DNA of 64,000 nucleotides from an uncultured delta proteobacterium. Its GTDB lineage: Bacteria > Myxococcota_A > Polyangia > Polyangiales > JAFGIB01. This document shows, one piece after another, positions 30,344 through 40,168 of the stretch. The DNA lies in the NCBI GenBank assembly GCA_963778655.1, contig CAVZVA010000003.1, forward strand, positions 320,001 through 384,000. Direction: 5' to 3'. The notes below the pieces were generated by a model, which was given only the letters and a program-made list of their open reading frames with translations, made no database searches and was not told the origin of the DNA. Position 1 is the stretch's first letter; the number at the start of each line of letters is the position of its first letter. The position numbers and the translations under genes were made by a program.

Positions 30344-32111
30344 TCGAAAGTCTGTCCAGCGTCGGGCGCTGCGTGGTGGCGGCCGTTGGCGGTGGCGGCC
30401 AGATCCGCCAGTGTGGAGCGCCTAACTGCCCGATTTCGCGTTGCCGGCGCCCGGCCCAGTTGTCGCAGCTGTCGCGGCGCGTGACGGCCCCGCGCATCAT
30501 TGTTCCCGGTGCGACCACCGCCATCACGCGGCGCGCCACGTTGCGCAAGGCGTTTTTGGCGCCGTGGGACCCGGGCGTGGAGCAAGCCTGGCTCTACAGC
30601 CTGGCGCTGGCGCAGAAGCACACCGGCGTGGCCATCCATCACGCCACACGCGTCATCACCCACAACCACCTCACCGTCACGCCCGAGCGCGACAACCTGC
30701 CGTGCTTCACTCGGATGTTCCACCACGAGCTCAGCTGCGCGCTCAACACCCTGCTGGCCCAGCAGCGCTACGACCAGCCCGGCGAGCTGTTCGACGGCCG
30801 CGCCACCCACATGATGCGGCTGTGCGATGACGCCGCCCAGAGCACGCAGCTCATCTACGAGTACCTCAACCCCGTGGCCGCCGGCCTGGTCTCGCGTCCC
30901 GAGCACATGCCCGGCTTCGTCTTCGACTTCGAGCTCTGGCTCAAGGGCTACCTCGACGTCCGCCGCCCCGACTTCTACTTCAGCGACAGCCAGCCGGAGC
31001 TGCTGCGGCTGGAAGTGACGCCGCCACCGCTGCTGTACCTGGCCTTCGAGGGCGAGCTGGACAAGCTCGTGCACGCGATGAAGCGCCTGGCCGAGCACAG
31101 CGCGCGCGAGCTGCGCGCGCGGCAGAAGCGCGCGCCGCTGGGCGCCCGGGCGATCACGCGGCTGCACCCCTGGAGCGAGCCGCGGACGCTGCGTGAGAGT
31201 CGGGGACGCTCGGTGCCGACGTTCCGCATCGGCGCACGCGGCATCGTGGGGCAGCAGGCGCACATCGAGGCGGCGCGCGAGACGCGAGGCTTTCGGCATG
31301 GCCACGAGCGCGCACGGCTCGCTCGCAAGGGCGGCGATTTCGCACATGAGTTCCCTTACGGGACGTATCAGATGCGCGTGCAACATGGCGTGCCCGTGGC
31401 CGAGCCCGACTTCGGCACCGGCATCGTCACGCGCCCAGGGCCTACGTTGCGGCAGGTGCAGCGGATGCTCGAGCAGCGCGCGGCCCGGGATCACGGGGGT
31501 GAGGCCGCTGCCAGCGCTGCAGCACGCTTCGAGCTGATGGACCGGGCACGTGAGGCGCTGTTCGACGAGGCCGATGTCATCTGCGAGCACGCCTCCGACG
31601 GCATGGACTTCCAACACCCGCAGCGAGCCCCGACTGCGAGCGCGCCGGACGCCCGGCTCCGCTCTGGTGAAGGTCGTCGCGAAGGGAACGAACATGGCGA
31701 CCACGGCGGTGCGCAGGCGACCGTCGAACACGAAGATGCCGCGGATGACGGTGCGCCGGTGATCGTCCGGCACCGCTTCGACAAGCGCAGCGGCGCCGGT
31801 GGCGACCGTGAGGCGCGCCGCATCATCACGCTGCGCGACCGCCGCCGCGGCCGCCCCCGCACATCGCGCCACGGTACCGACCCACCTGGCTAACCGCAGA
31901 ACGCCCTCGCCGGCGTGCGTACCGAGGTGACGGCCCTCGGGCTATCTTCGTGCGCGCACAGCCGTTTCAGGCACCCCCAATCGCACTGAGGTGGCGTTTG
32001 CTGCGTCGCGGCGGCCGTCGCTGGCGCGCAGGCGAGCCATCCGAGGCCTCGTGACAGCCACCCTGGCGCACGCCGATGCCACTCCGACGGCGCGTACCTC
32101 GGGCGGATCCC
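30322..32111 (+). mobile_element. RAYT-like element, copy 3
   Basis: Shared ends; 3' non-coding part is diverged. Confidence 0.82.
30481..31893 (+). CDS. Y1 HUH transposase (RAYT-like)
   Basis: Nearly identical to 25121-26533. Confidence 0.82.
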   Translation: MTAPRIIVPGATTAITRRATLRKAFLAPWDPGVEQAWLYSLALAQKHTGVAIHHATRVITHNHLTVTPERDNLPCFTRMFHHELSCALNTLLAQQRYDQPGELFDGRATHMMRLCDDAAQSTQLIYEYLNPVAAGLVSRPEHMPGFVFDFELWLKGYLDVRRPDFYFSDSQPELLRLEVTPPPLLYLAFEGELDKLVHAMKRLAEHSARELRARQKRAPLGARAITRLHPWSEPRTLRESRGRSVPTFRIGARGIVGQQAHIEAARETRGFRHGHERARLARKGGDFAHEFPYGTYQMRVQHGVPVAEPDFGTGIVTRPGPTLRQVQRMLEQRAARDHGGEAAASAAARFELMDRAREALFDEADVICEHASDGMDFQHPQRAPTASAPDARLRSGEGRREGNEHGDHGGAQATVEHEDAADDGAPVIVRHRFDKRSGAGGDREARRIITLRDRRRGRPRTSRHGTDPPG

Positions 32112-32259
32112 CCGGGGGCGCTGGTCCTTCTGGAAGGGGCGCCGTGACCCGTCCCCGGCGAGCTGGCTTGCACGGCGCTTGCCTCGCGGTTTGGGGGGAA
32201 TGGAGGGGGGAACGAGATCGTCGACGCGTGCGGCGGTCAGCGATTCTTGAATCGTTTCC

Positions 32260-32304
32260 GGTGGGTCATCTCGGATTCGAACCGAGGGCCAATGGATTAA
32301 GAAT
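32260..32304 (-). repeat. att site: 45-bp duplicate of the tRNA-Lys 3' part
   Basis: Identical to 49692-49736. Confidence 0.95.
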
Positions 32305-32391
32305 GCTGGCCGAGGGGCGGGTGTGGGCGATTTTCGGCGCAGTTCGGGCGATTCGTCGTCCAAAGCGCGAAGAAAGTCCGCCAAACGGGCC

Positions 32392-32414
32392 TGTTGGACA
32401 ATGTGTTGGACAAT
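32392..32414. repeat. Putative integrase arm-type sites (TGTTGGACAAT x2)
   Basis: Inverted relative to ATTGTCCAACA x2 at 49596-49628. Confidence 0.7.
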
Positions 32415-32586
32415 CCCGAGCGGCCCAAAACGGAACCACGGAAGACGCCCCTTCTTGCGAGCGGTCCGCCAGGCGTACACGCGCGCTCGATGCCAACGTG
32501 CACGAGACAGCCGCCCCGGTCATGCCGCGCCCCGCTTCCAAACAAATGCGCGGCGCCGCCGGGCGAACCGGACTCCACGGGGCCGC

Positions 32587-35500
32587 CTATTTGTTTGGTT
32601 GGCCCAGCAGGCCGAGCAGAGCGGCGAGTGCAGCGCGAGCGCCTTTCGAGTAGGCGTGATCGGACCCTAGAGCCGCTTCGAACACCGCAAGGGCGGCTCG
32701 GTACGCCGCCACGGCTTGCTCCAAGCGCGCCGTCCCGCTCTCGCGCTCCCCGAGGGTGCTGAGCGCGGTGCCGAGGTTGTTTTGGGTCATGGCCCATTGC
32801 AGCGGCACGCGCTCCCGCGTGCATTCCTCCAGAGCGGCTCGATACGCCGCCACGGCTTGCTCCAAGCGCGCCGTCCCGCTCTCGCGCTCCCCGAGGGTCC
32901 AGAGCGCGGTGCCGAGGTTGTTTTGGGTCGTCGCCCATTGCAGCGGCACGCGCTCCCGCGTGTATTCCTCCAGAGCGGCTCGGTACGCCGTCACAGCTTG
33001 CTCCAAGCGCGCCGTCCCGCTCTCGCGCTGCCCGAGGGTCCGGAGCGCGGTGCCGAGGTTGTTTTGGGTCATGGCCCATTGCAGCGGCACGCGCTCCCGC
33101 GTGCATTCCTCCAGAGCGGCTCGATACGCCGCCACGGCTTGCTCCAAGCGCGCCGTCCCGCTCTCGCGCTCCCCGAGGGTCCAGAGCGCGGTGCCGAGGT
33201 TGTTTTGGGTCGTCGCCCATTGCAGCGGCACGCGCTCCCGCGTGTATTCCTCCAGAGCGGCTCGGTACGCCGTCACAGCTTGCTCCAAGCGCGCCGTCCC
33301 GCTCTCGCGCTCCCCGAGGGTCCGGAGCGCGTTGCCGAGGTTGTTTTGGGTCATGGCCCATTGCAGCGGCACGCGCTCCCGCGTGTATTCCTCCAGAGCG
33401 GCTCGATACGCAGCCACGGCTTGCTCCAAGCGCGCCGTCCCGCTCTCGCGCTCCCCGAGGGTCCGGAGCGCGTTGCCGAGGTTGTTTTGGGTCATGGCCC
33501 ATTGCAGCGGCACGCGCTCCCGCGTGCATTCCTCCAGAGCGGCTCGATACGCAGCCACGGCTTGCTCCAAGCGCGCCGTCCCGCTCTCGCGCTCCCCGAG
33601 GGTCCGGAGCGCGTTGCCGAGGTTGTTTTGGGTCATGGCCCATTGCAGCGGCACGCGCTCCCGCGTGTATTCCTCCAGAGCGGCTCGGTACGCCGCCACG
33701 GCTTGCTCCAAGCGCGCCGTCCCGCTCTCGCGCTCCCCGAGGGTCCGGAGCGCGTTGCCGAGGTTGTTTTGGGTCATGGCCCATTGCAGCGGCACGCGCT
33801 CCCGCGTGCATTCCTCCAGAGCGGCTCGATACGCCGCCACGGCTTGCTCCAAGCGCGCCGTCCCGCTCTCGCGCTCCCCGAGGGTGCTGAGCGCGTTGCC
33901 GAGGTTGTTTTGGGTCATGGCCCATTGCAGCGGCACGCGCTCCCGCGTGTATTCGAGCACCAGCTCTCGCAACGCCGCGATCTCTCTGACGAGCGCATCG
34001 TTGTCGCCGAGTTCGTCGCCTTGTCGATGCAGGCTGTTCGCGTACGCGATAGCCAACTCGAAGCGTGCTTCCGCGTCGAAGCGGACCAACTCCACGGCCT
34101 GCGCATACTTGTCAGCCGCGTCCAGATAACGCAGCTCGAGGACGTCCACCTTGGCTTCGTCTCCGAGCAAAGTCGCTTCCTCGCGCGATCGATCCTCCCG
34201 CTGCGCGCGCACGCGCGCGCGCACTTCGCGCAGCAGCGCCCGCGCGCCTTCCAGGTCACCGTCGCGCTCGAGCAGCGCCAGCGCGTGGGCGCGCACCTGC
34301 TCGACCTCGGGTAGCGCAACGCTCTGCCATTGCGCGCGAAGGGCGACCAACTCGTCGGCCGCTCGCTCCAGCCTTTCGGGGATTCGCTCGACCGGGACGT
34401 TCAATTCGCCGAGACGTCGCAAGATCTGTTGCAGTGGGGGAACAGCGACACCCTTTTCGGCGGCGAGCGCCGCGAGCTGCTCTTGAATGCCGTGCAGCAG
34501 TTCGATGCTCTCGCCTTGCCGCTGCTCGATGCGAGTCGTTGCTGCAGCGATCTGCCTCAGCAACAGCCCGTCACGCTCCGCGCGGGTGCGCTGAGCAATC
34601 AGCTCGTCCAAGAGCTCACGCCTGTGCTCCGCAAGCGCGCGCATCGCAAGCGTGTGCAAGCGTTCGCCTTGCTCGCACACCTCCTCGCCCCAGCACGCCA
34701 GGTTTCTGGTGATCATGCGCACGAGATCGTCCGCCTCGAGGCCGCCGGGGCCGCCGTCCACGGCTTGGAGGCGCTGGTTGATCTGCAGCAGCAGCTGGCT
34801 CGTGACCACGAACTGCGCGCGCTGATCTTGCTTCAGCTCCTCGGCGAAAAACGCAGCGAACGCGCCGAACCACGTCACGTTGCCGTTCGCGGGGCGCTCA
34901 ATCGCCTGCTGTGAACGACTCACCGTTCGCGCCGCTTCACCCCGGCGTTTGGTAAAGATCTTCGAAACCTTCGCGGCCACGCTGTCTGGAATCTCAACGT
35001 GGCGCCATCCATGCTCGAGAACCTGCGCGAACGGGCTCGGCAGGGCCGGCTCGGACCAGCCATGCGCCCGGGCCTCCCGCTGGTGCCACGCAGCCAGCTC
35101 CGCCAGCACCTCACGGACGGCTAGCTCATGCAAGGCGCCCTCCAGGTCGAGCGCCGCGTCCATCAGGCCGAGCAGACTCTCGGCCTCGGTCCCAAGCGCG
35201 CTCGGCGGTGGCCAATAGCTCGCGTCCAAGGTCTGCTGCACTTCTTCGAAGCGTGAAGCCGCCAGGTGATCGGCCCAACGCACTTCCCAACGGGATACGG
35301 CGTCCACTTCGTCCCGCCGCGCGTGCCCGAATTGGCGCGCGGCAACGTAGGTCGCCAGCAGGCTCGCTCGACGGCACGCCCGAAGTACATCATGGTTCGC
35401 GGCGATCTCGCCGCCCTCCATGCGGGTGAGCAACGAGCGAACGCCCAGCTTCGTGACGTCGTGCGCGACGTTGCCGAGGACACCCGTGGCGACGTCCTGT

Positions 35501-35616
35501 GCCAGCCGGCACGCGGCGCCCAACCCCAGCCCGAACAACGTCAGCTCAACCGCGGGCACTTCCGTGCACCCCCTTGGGAGAGTGTCCACGTAGCAGATGG
35601 CACAGCCCTCGGTCAA
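32587..35616 (-). CDS. Large TPR-repeat protein with helical N-terminal region (start may be ~35550)
   Basis: Nine 47-aa repeats of TRERVPLQWAMTQNNLGNAL...AYRAALEE. Confidence 0.88.
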   Translation of the reverse strand: MTEGCAICYVDTLPRGCTEVPAVELTLFGLGLGAACRLAQDVATGVLGNVAHDVTKLGVRSLLTRMEGGEIAANHDVLRACRRASLLATYVAARQFGHARRDEVDAVSRWEVRWADHLAASRFEEVQQTLDASYWPPPSALGTEAESLLGLMDAALDLEGALHELAVREVLAELAAWHQREARAHGWSEPALPSPFAQVLEHGWRHVEIPDSVAAKVSKIFTKRRGEAARTVSRSQQAIERPANGNVTWFGAFAAFFAEELKQDQRAQFVVTSQLLLQINQRLQAVDGGPGGLEADDLVRMITRNLACWGEEVCEQGERLHTLAMRALAEHRRELLDELIAQRTRAERDGLLLRQIAAATTRIEQRQGESIELLHGIQEQLAALAAEKGVAVPPLQQILRRLGELNVPVERIPERLERAADELVALRAQWQSVALPEVEQVRAHALALLERDGDLEGARALLREVRARVRAQREDRSREEATLLGDEAKVDVLELRYLDAADKYAQAVELVRFDAEARFELAIAYANSLHRQGDELGDNDALVREIAALRELVLEYTRERVPLQWAMTQNNLGNALSTLGERESGTARLEQAVAAYRAALEECTRERVPLQWAMTQNNLGNALRTLGERESGTARLEQAVAAYRAALEEYTRERVPLQWAMTQNNLGNALRTLGERESGTARLEQAVAAYRAALEECTRERVPLQWAMTQNNLGNALRTLGERESGTARLEQAVAAYRAALEEYTRERVPLQWAMTQNNLGNALRTLGERESGTARLEQAVTAYRAALEEYTRERVPLQWATTQNNLGTALWTLGERESGTARLEQAVAAYRAALEECTRERVPLQWAMTQNNLGTALRTLGQRESGTARLEQAVTAYRAALEEYTRERVPLQWATTQNNLGTALWTLGERESGTARLEQAVAAYRAALEECTRERVPLQWAMTQNNLGTALSTLGERESGTARLEQAVAAYRAALAVFEAALGSDHAYSKGARAALAALLGLLGQPNK
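32680..33948 (-). repeat. Coding tandem repeat, 9 x 141 bp
   Basis: Near-identical DNA units with a period of 141. Confidence 0.92.
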
Positions 35617-35722
35617 TCGGCCCCGTCACCGCGGCATCGCCAATGGACCCACACACGCTGCCGGTGCGCGCTTCGCGCGGTGCCGCATCAGCTATGCGGC
35701 CCACACGCAGTGGACGCTGCGT

Positions 35723-36982
35723 CTAGTCGCGACGAAAGTCCGCCAGTCGGACCACGTTCGCTACGTCGTCCGAGAGCCCCGGGATCGCCTTGGACAGATC
35801 CGGGAAGGGTTCGTACTTCAGGTCTGCCAGCGTGCGCGCGCCGCGGTCGTACCGTTCCATCATGGCAGGCGTGAGGTGCCCGGTGCGGTCGCTGATCCAA
35901 CCCCACCCGTGCCCTGCGCGCCGGGCCCAGGTGACGAATGTCGCGCGCGCGTCGTGGAAGCGGAGGCGCTCGACATTCGCGGCCTTCGAAAACAGCACTG
36001 CACGGGTGACACTGGCCGCCTTGAGGTCGGCGCGCAGGGTCTCTGCCTCCCTGCCCTCCCCGCATTCGAGGTCGCGGACCACGGGCGTGCCGGCTTCCGG
36101 ATTGCCGCAGTGCTCGCGCCAGCGTTCGAGCACGCACACGAGGTCGGGCGAGATCTCGAAGAGCTGCGGCAGGCCGGTCTTGCTCGTGAGGGACGTCAGC
36201 GTGCCGTGCTGGAAGTCGACATCGGTCCACGTGAGCGCCGCGAGCGATGCCTTCCGCAGGCCCGTGTAGACGGCCAACACGTAGTGCACGCGGCGGCCGA
36301 GCGGGATCTCGGTGCAGGCGAGCAACGCGAGCAGCTCGACCGGGTAGAGGAACCCGTAGAGCTTCGGCTTGTCCTTGCGGGGTTTCAGGTCCTTGCTGAC
36401 GGGGTTGTCCGTACGTAGGCGGCCCGGTTTGATCGCGAGATCGAACAGCCGGTGCATGACCTGGTAGACCTGGAACTTGCTCGCCTGTCGCCAAGGGCGC
36501 CCGAGCTTCTTCTCGGCCGACTGCGCGGCGCGCGCGAGCGCGCGTTCGACGTCGACCTCGGTCACGTCCGCCACGGGCGTGTTGCCGATGTACGGGTACA
36601 CGTGCGCCTTGAGGCGTGTCTCGTCCGACGTCGCGGTCTTCTTGTCTTTCAGTCCGCGAACCTCACCGTGGTCCCTGTAGAGCTTGCCGGAGGTCCATAG
36701 CTGACCGAAGTCCGTGACGGTGGTTCGAGGCGGGAGCTTGGCTTGCACGCGCTCGTACGCATCCGAGCGCATGACCCCGGAGAGCTCGGCCGCGAGCTCG
36801 AGCGCCAGCGGACGATCTTCCTGGCGGCGCGACAGAGGTCGGCACTCCGGTGGTGGTGTGAAGAGCTTGACGCGCTGGCGCCCCTCGTCCGGAATGCTCA
36901 CGCGGGCGTGCCAGCACCCGCGATCGCCGCGCCCGACCCACTCGACCGTGCCCTTGCCGTGACGGTTCTCTGCACCTGCCAT
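35723..36982 (-). CDS. Tyrosine recombinase/integrase (catalytic residues intact)
   Basis: TGLRK, FHDAR, RTGH, MMERY. Confidence 0.9.
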   Translation of the reverse strand: MAGAENRHGKGTVEWVGRGDRGCWHARVSIPDEGRQRVKLFTPPPECRPLSRRQEDRPLALELAAELSGVMRSDAYERVQAKLPPRTTVTDFGQLWTSGKLYRDHGEVRGLKDKKTATSDETRLKAHVYPYIGNTPVADVTEVDVERALARAAQSAEKKLGRPWRQASKFQVYQVMHRLFDLAIKPGRLRTDNPVSKDLKPRKDKPKLYGFLYPVELLALLACTEIPLGRRVHYVLAVYTGLRKASLAALTWTDVDFQHGTLTSLTSKTGLPQLFEISPDLVCVLERWREHCGNPEAGTPVVRDLECGEGREAETLRADLKAASVTRAVLFSKAANVERLRFHDARATFVTWARRAGHGWGWISDRTGHLTPAMMERYDRGARTLADLKYEPFPDLSKAIPGLSDDVANVVRLADFRRD

Positions 36983-37051
36983 TGCCTCACCTCAGCCTCA
37001 CCTACCAGCGGTGTTGCACAGACTTGAGTCTGCTTGCGCACCTACGCAGTG

Positions 37052-37414
37052 TCATGACTTCGTGCCGTTGTTGCGGACGTAGCCCGCACGGTCGAGCAGA
37101 TGCGCGATGCGGCTTGGCGCAGAGGCCGGTACCGGGACCTCCGCAGGGTCCGCGGACCGGGCCTCGATCCGCTTTGCGGTCAGCCATCGGTCCAGCTCGC
37201 GGGCGCGGACCAGGACCTGGCGACCCACTCGCGACGCCTCCAACTCGCCCCGCCGCGCCGCTTCGAGCACGTTGCGCCAGGGAACAGGGCAGTGCTGCGA
37301 GTCGCGGATGTCGACCCACCGCTCGGGGTCCTGTCCCTCTGCTCGCACGTCAAGCACCCGCACCAGCAGCTCTCGGAGCGAGACGTCGAGCGGATCGTGG
37401 CTCTTGATCGTCAT
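37052..37414 (-). CDS. Excisionase-like HTH protein
   Basis: AARRGELEASRVGRQVLVRARELDRWL; immediately upstream of the integrase. Confidence 0.7.
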   Translation of the reverse strand: MTIKSHDPLDVSLRELLVRVLDVRAEGQDPERWVDIRDSQHCPVPWRNVLEAARRGELEASRVGRQVLVRARELDRWLTAKRIEARSADPAEVPVPASAPSRIAHLLDRAGYVRNNGTKS

Positions 37415-37593
37415 GACGTTCGATCGGGTTGGAGGATCGTTCGGCTGGTAGGCGACGTGCGCCGGCCCGTCGAGCGCGCTCGAACAGCCGCGGTGCTACG
37501 CGCGTTTGGTCGCCACATCCTCGTACTCGTCGCGCGCAGCATCAGGTCAGTTATGCTGTAGACTTCGTCTATAATCAAGTGCAATATCGTGCC

Positions 37594-38256
37594 ATGGCGT
37601 TGCCCGAAGGCAGACGAGCCCGCGTTCAGATCGACCCAGGCGATGAAAAACATCTGCTGCGTGCATTGGAACGCTGGGCAGCGACGGACGACATCGTCGC
37701 CGTCCGCACCCGAGCGTTCGTGCTCCTGCTCTGGGACGGCGCGGTCCGTACCCGTGTCGCGCTTGCGCTGAACATCGAAGAGGTCGTCAAGAATCCGTCC
37801 GCAAAGCGCATCACGGTCCTTCGGGCCGTCGAGCAGCGGCCGTGCGAGGCGAACCGCTATAGGGGGCGGAGGTTCGTGATGAGCGAGCGCACGCGTCACG
37901 CCATCGCGGACTATCTGGGCGTAGCTCGTGAGGACGGGTGGCTTCCTGGCAAGCGGCTGCGTGGGCCGTTGTTCGTCGCGTCGGTGCACCGCGGCACTGG
38001 CCAGCGACTCAGCCCCCGCAGCGCGATCTACTGTTGGGAGATGTTTCAGAAGACGCACGTGCCGGATTGCTCGCGCCTGTACGAGCTCGACGATGTGGTC
38101 TACACAGGCCGCATGGCCTACCTCGCGGCAGCAGGCGGTGACAGCGAGTCGCTGTCGGATCACTCTGGGATCTCGCGGCAATGGGCTGCCGCGCACAAGC
38201 AAGAGGCCACCGTCCTTCCCGAAGACGTGATGGCCAGGCTGGATAAGAGTCGGTAG
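37594..38256 (+). CDS. Tyrosine-recombinase catalytic-domain homolog, degenerate active site
   Basis: RTRAFVLLLWDGAVR...LALNIEEV, PLFV, RLSPRS; HxxR, LGH and Tyr positions not conserved. Confidence 0.6.
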   Translation: MALPEGRRARVQIDPGDEKHLLRALERWAATDDIVAVRTRAFVLLLWDGAVRTRVALALNIEEVVKNPSAKRITVLRAVEQRPCEANRYRGRRFVMSERTRHAIADYLGVAREDGWLPGKRLRGPLFVASVHRGTGQRLSPRSAIYCWEMFQKTHVPDCSRLYELDDVVYTGRMAYLAAAGGDSESLSDHSGISRQWAAAHKQEATVLPEDVMARLDKSR

Positions 38257-38264
38257 CCGCACGC

Positions 38265-38909
38265 TCACCTCGGCTCGATGCGCCAGCCGTACAGGCCCTT
38301 TGCCGACCGGGCCGGAAAGCATGCGCCGTCTTTGACGTACCAGCCCGGCGCTGCGCACTGGGCGATCTGGAGAATGCTGCCGGCCTGCGCTAGCCGGTAG
38401 GCCGCTCTGCCTTCGGGCGAGGCCCCCCAGGCTGCCGCTGCTTTCTCGTCCCGTGCGACCTGGTATCCGGAGACGTAGCCAAGACCGTACCCGGCGTCCA
38501 CTCCCTTGGTGTGCATCAGCCAGCCGAGCCCGCCGAGGCTCAGCGCGCAGGCCACCACAGTCGACAAGAGCCACTGCAGCTTCTGCCTGGCCTCGACATG
38601 CTCGGCTACGTCGCGAGCGGCGACGCTGACGGCCACGGCCAGCTCGCGCCGCGCCTCTGCGGCGACCGCGTTGGCGGAGGTCTCCGCGGCCCGCTGAAAG
38701 CTCCGCAGCGTCTCGGTCGCAGCAGCCTCGATTCGCGCCGGCACCTGCTCGTACTGGGCTTGGTAGTGCTGCAGCGCCATGAGTACGAGCCACAGGGCGT
38801 CGTTCGTCTTGAGCCCGAGGGCATCCCGGACGCGGTACAGGTCCTGCCGCTGCTTGTCGCTCGGCTGCTTGCCGAGCAGCTTCGCGAAGCTGTGCTCGAG
38901 GTCGCTCAT
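38265..38909 (-). CDS. mobE: MobE-like mobilisation protein
   Basis: FAKLLGKQPSD...LYRVRDALGLKTNDALWLVLMALQHY; position in the cluster. Confidence 0.7.
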   Translation of the reverse strand: MSDLEHSFAKLLGKQPSDKQRQDLYRVRDALGLKTNDALWLVLMALQHYQAQYEQVPARIEAAATETLRSFQRAAETSANAVAAEARRELAVAVSVAARDVAEHVEARQKLQWLLSTVVACALSLGGLGWLMHTKGVDAGYGLGYVSGYQVARDEKAAAAWGASPEGRAAYRLAQAGSILQIAQCAAPGWYVKDGACFPARSAKGLYGWRIEPR

Positions 38910-39586
38910 ACCGTGACCGCCGACAGCATGCGGGTCACCTCGACCTTCCAGCGCGAGAGCTCGGCCCGGTTGCCGAGCGGCAGCTCCTTGGCGGCCCGCG
39001 CGATGCTCAGACGCTTGCTGTAGATGTCGTCGGCCACGCGGTCGGCCAGGTCTGGAAACGTGAGCGACCTGCCACCCTTGGCTTCGACCGCTTGTCTGAG
39101 CTTGGAGCCGTTGTATAGCTGGAACTTCGTCTCCTCACCAAAGTGCGCGTTGCGCACCACGTGCACTTCGGCGTTGGGAATGGCGGCCATGAATTCCTTG
39201 AGCAGCTCGAGGCTGTCGCGCTGGCAATTGATCACCCAGAGCGTGACTAGCGCGCGCTTGAGGTCTCCGAGCGTGTTGCTCAGCGTTTGACCGTAGGCGC
39301 TCACCCCGCGGTTGTTGCGTGCTGCCGTGTTCACCACCGCGACGCTCTGTGGCGCGGCATCGCAGAGGTTGACGAGCTCGATCCACCCATCGGCCTCGTC
39401 GAGGTTGAGCAGGTGGGCATCGACGGTGTCCTTGTACGCCTTCCACACGTCTGGGTTGCTCGTGTCCGACTCGACGAACAGGACGCTCTCGCCCCGATCG
39501 ACCAAGTGGTCGAGCAGCGCCATCGTCACGAGCGACTTGCCCACACCGCCCTTGCTTCCGCCTATGAAATAGATCTGCTTGTCCAT
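38906..39586 (-). CDS. mobD: MobD-like ParA-type P-loop protein
   Basis: GGSKGGVGKS, ESDTSNPDV, VNTAAR. Confidence 0.8.
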   Translation of the reverse strand: MDKQIYFIGGSKGGVGKSLVTMALLDHLVDRGESVLFVESDTSNPDVWKAYKDTVDAHLLNLDEADGWIELVNLCDAAPQSVAVVNTAARNNRGVSAYGQTLSNTLGDLKRALVTLWVINCQRDSLELLKEFMAAIPNAEVHVVRNAHFGEETKFQLYNGSKLRQAVEAKGGRSLTFPDLADRVADDIYSKRLSIARAAKELPLGNRAELSRWKVEVTRMLSAVTV

Positions 39587-39598
39587 GGCTCACCCCGT

Positions 39599-39946
39599 CT
39601 AGATGTCGTCGCTATCCGGTGCTGGCTCGAACGCTGCCGAGCTGCTCACCGGGTGCTTCCTGTCCGCTCTCCGAGCGTTGACCACTGTGCTTCCCGCCGG
39701 CTTCTGCGCGCGCTGCCTGCCGCGATGAAGGTAGTTCTTCAGCGTTGGTGTCGAGATAGGCAGGCCGGACGACGTCAGCGCTTCCGCCACCTGTTCCAGC
39801 GTGTAGCCGCGCTTCTTGAGGTCGGCAATCTCGCGGGTGAGGGCTGCGACAGCGGCGCGCTTGCTGTGCTGCTTCACGCCATCCCTATCCGGCAGTCCGC
39901 GTAGCCGTCTGGCGACGTCCGAGACCTCCTCCTTCGTGAACTTCAC
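39599..39946 (-). CDS. mobC: MobC-like (TraK-type) protein
   Basis: EIADLKKRGYTLEQVAEAL...ISTPTLKNYL; RBS AAGGAGG before GTG. Confidence 0.75.
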   Translation of the reverse strand: MKFTKEEVSDVARRLRGLPDRDGVKQHSKRAAVAALTREIADLKKRGYTLEQVAEALTSSGLPISTPTLKNYLHRGRQRAQKPAGSTVVNARRADRKHPVSSSAAFEPAPDSDDI

Positions 39947-40073
39947 CGGCAACCCTCCTTGGGCGAACGCGAACATTTGGACGTGTCTACTGGAACGCAC
40001 GAGACCCATCGTGTCCTAGATTCGAATCGAGTGCAAGATAACGACGCCTGTGCTATCGAAGACGTCAGCAAAC

Positions 40074-40129
40074 AGCAAGACAGGATGGCCTTTGTCACAC
40101 ACATGCCTGCGGCACGCGCGTGACAAGGG
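40074..40129 (-). other. oriT (MOBP-type nic site plus inverted repeat)
   Basis: Minus-strand CCATCCTG^TC (nick between 40081 and 40080) next to imperfect IR 40089-40107 / 40111-40129, between the divergent mobC and mobB. Confidence 0.8.
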
Positions 40130-40168
40130 GCGGCGCAATGCTCGGCGCTTCGCTTCTCGCATTCTCAG

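Noticed and set aside
32260..32304. Second tRNA gene
   Set aside because: Only the 3' 45 nt are present; it is the att duplicate.
32680..33948. Regular repeats suggesting a CRISPR array
   Set aside because: Contiguous 141-bp in-frame coding repeats with no unique spacers; no cas genes.
32716..34314. Repetitive plus-strand ORFs
   Set aside because: Shadows of the TPR array.
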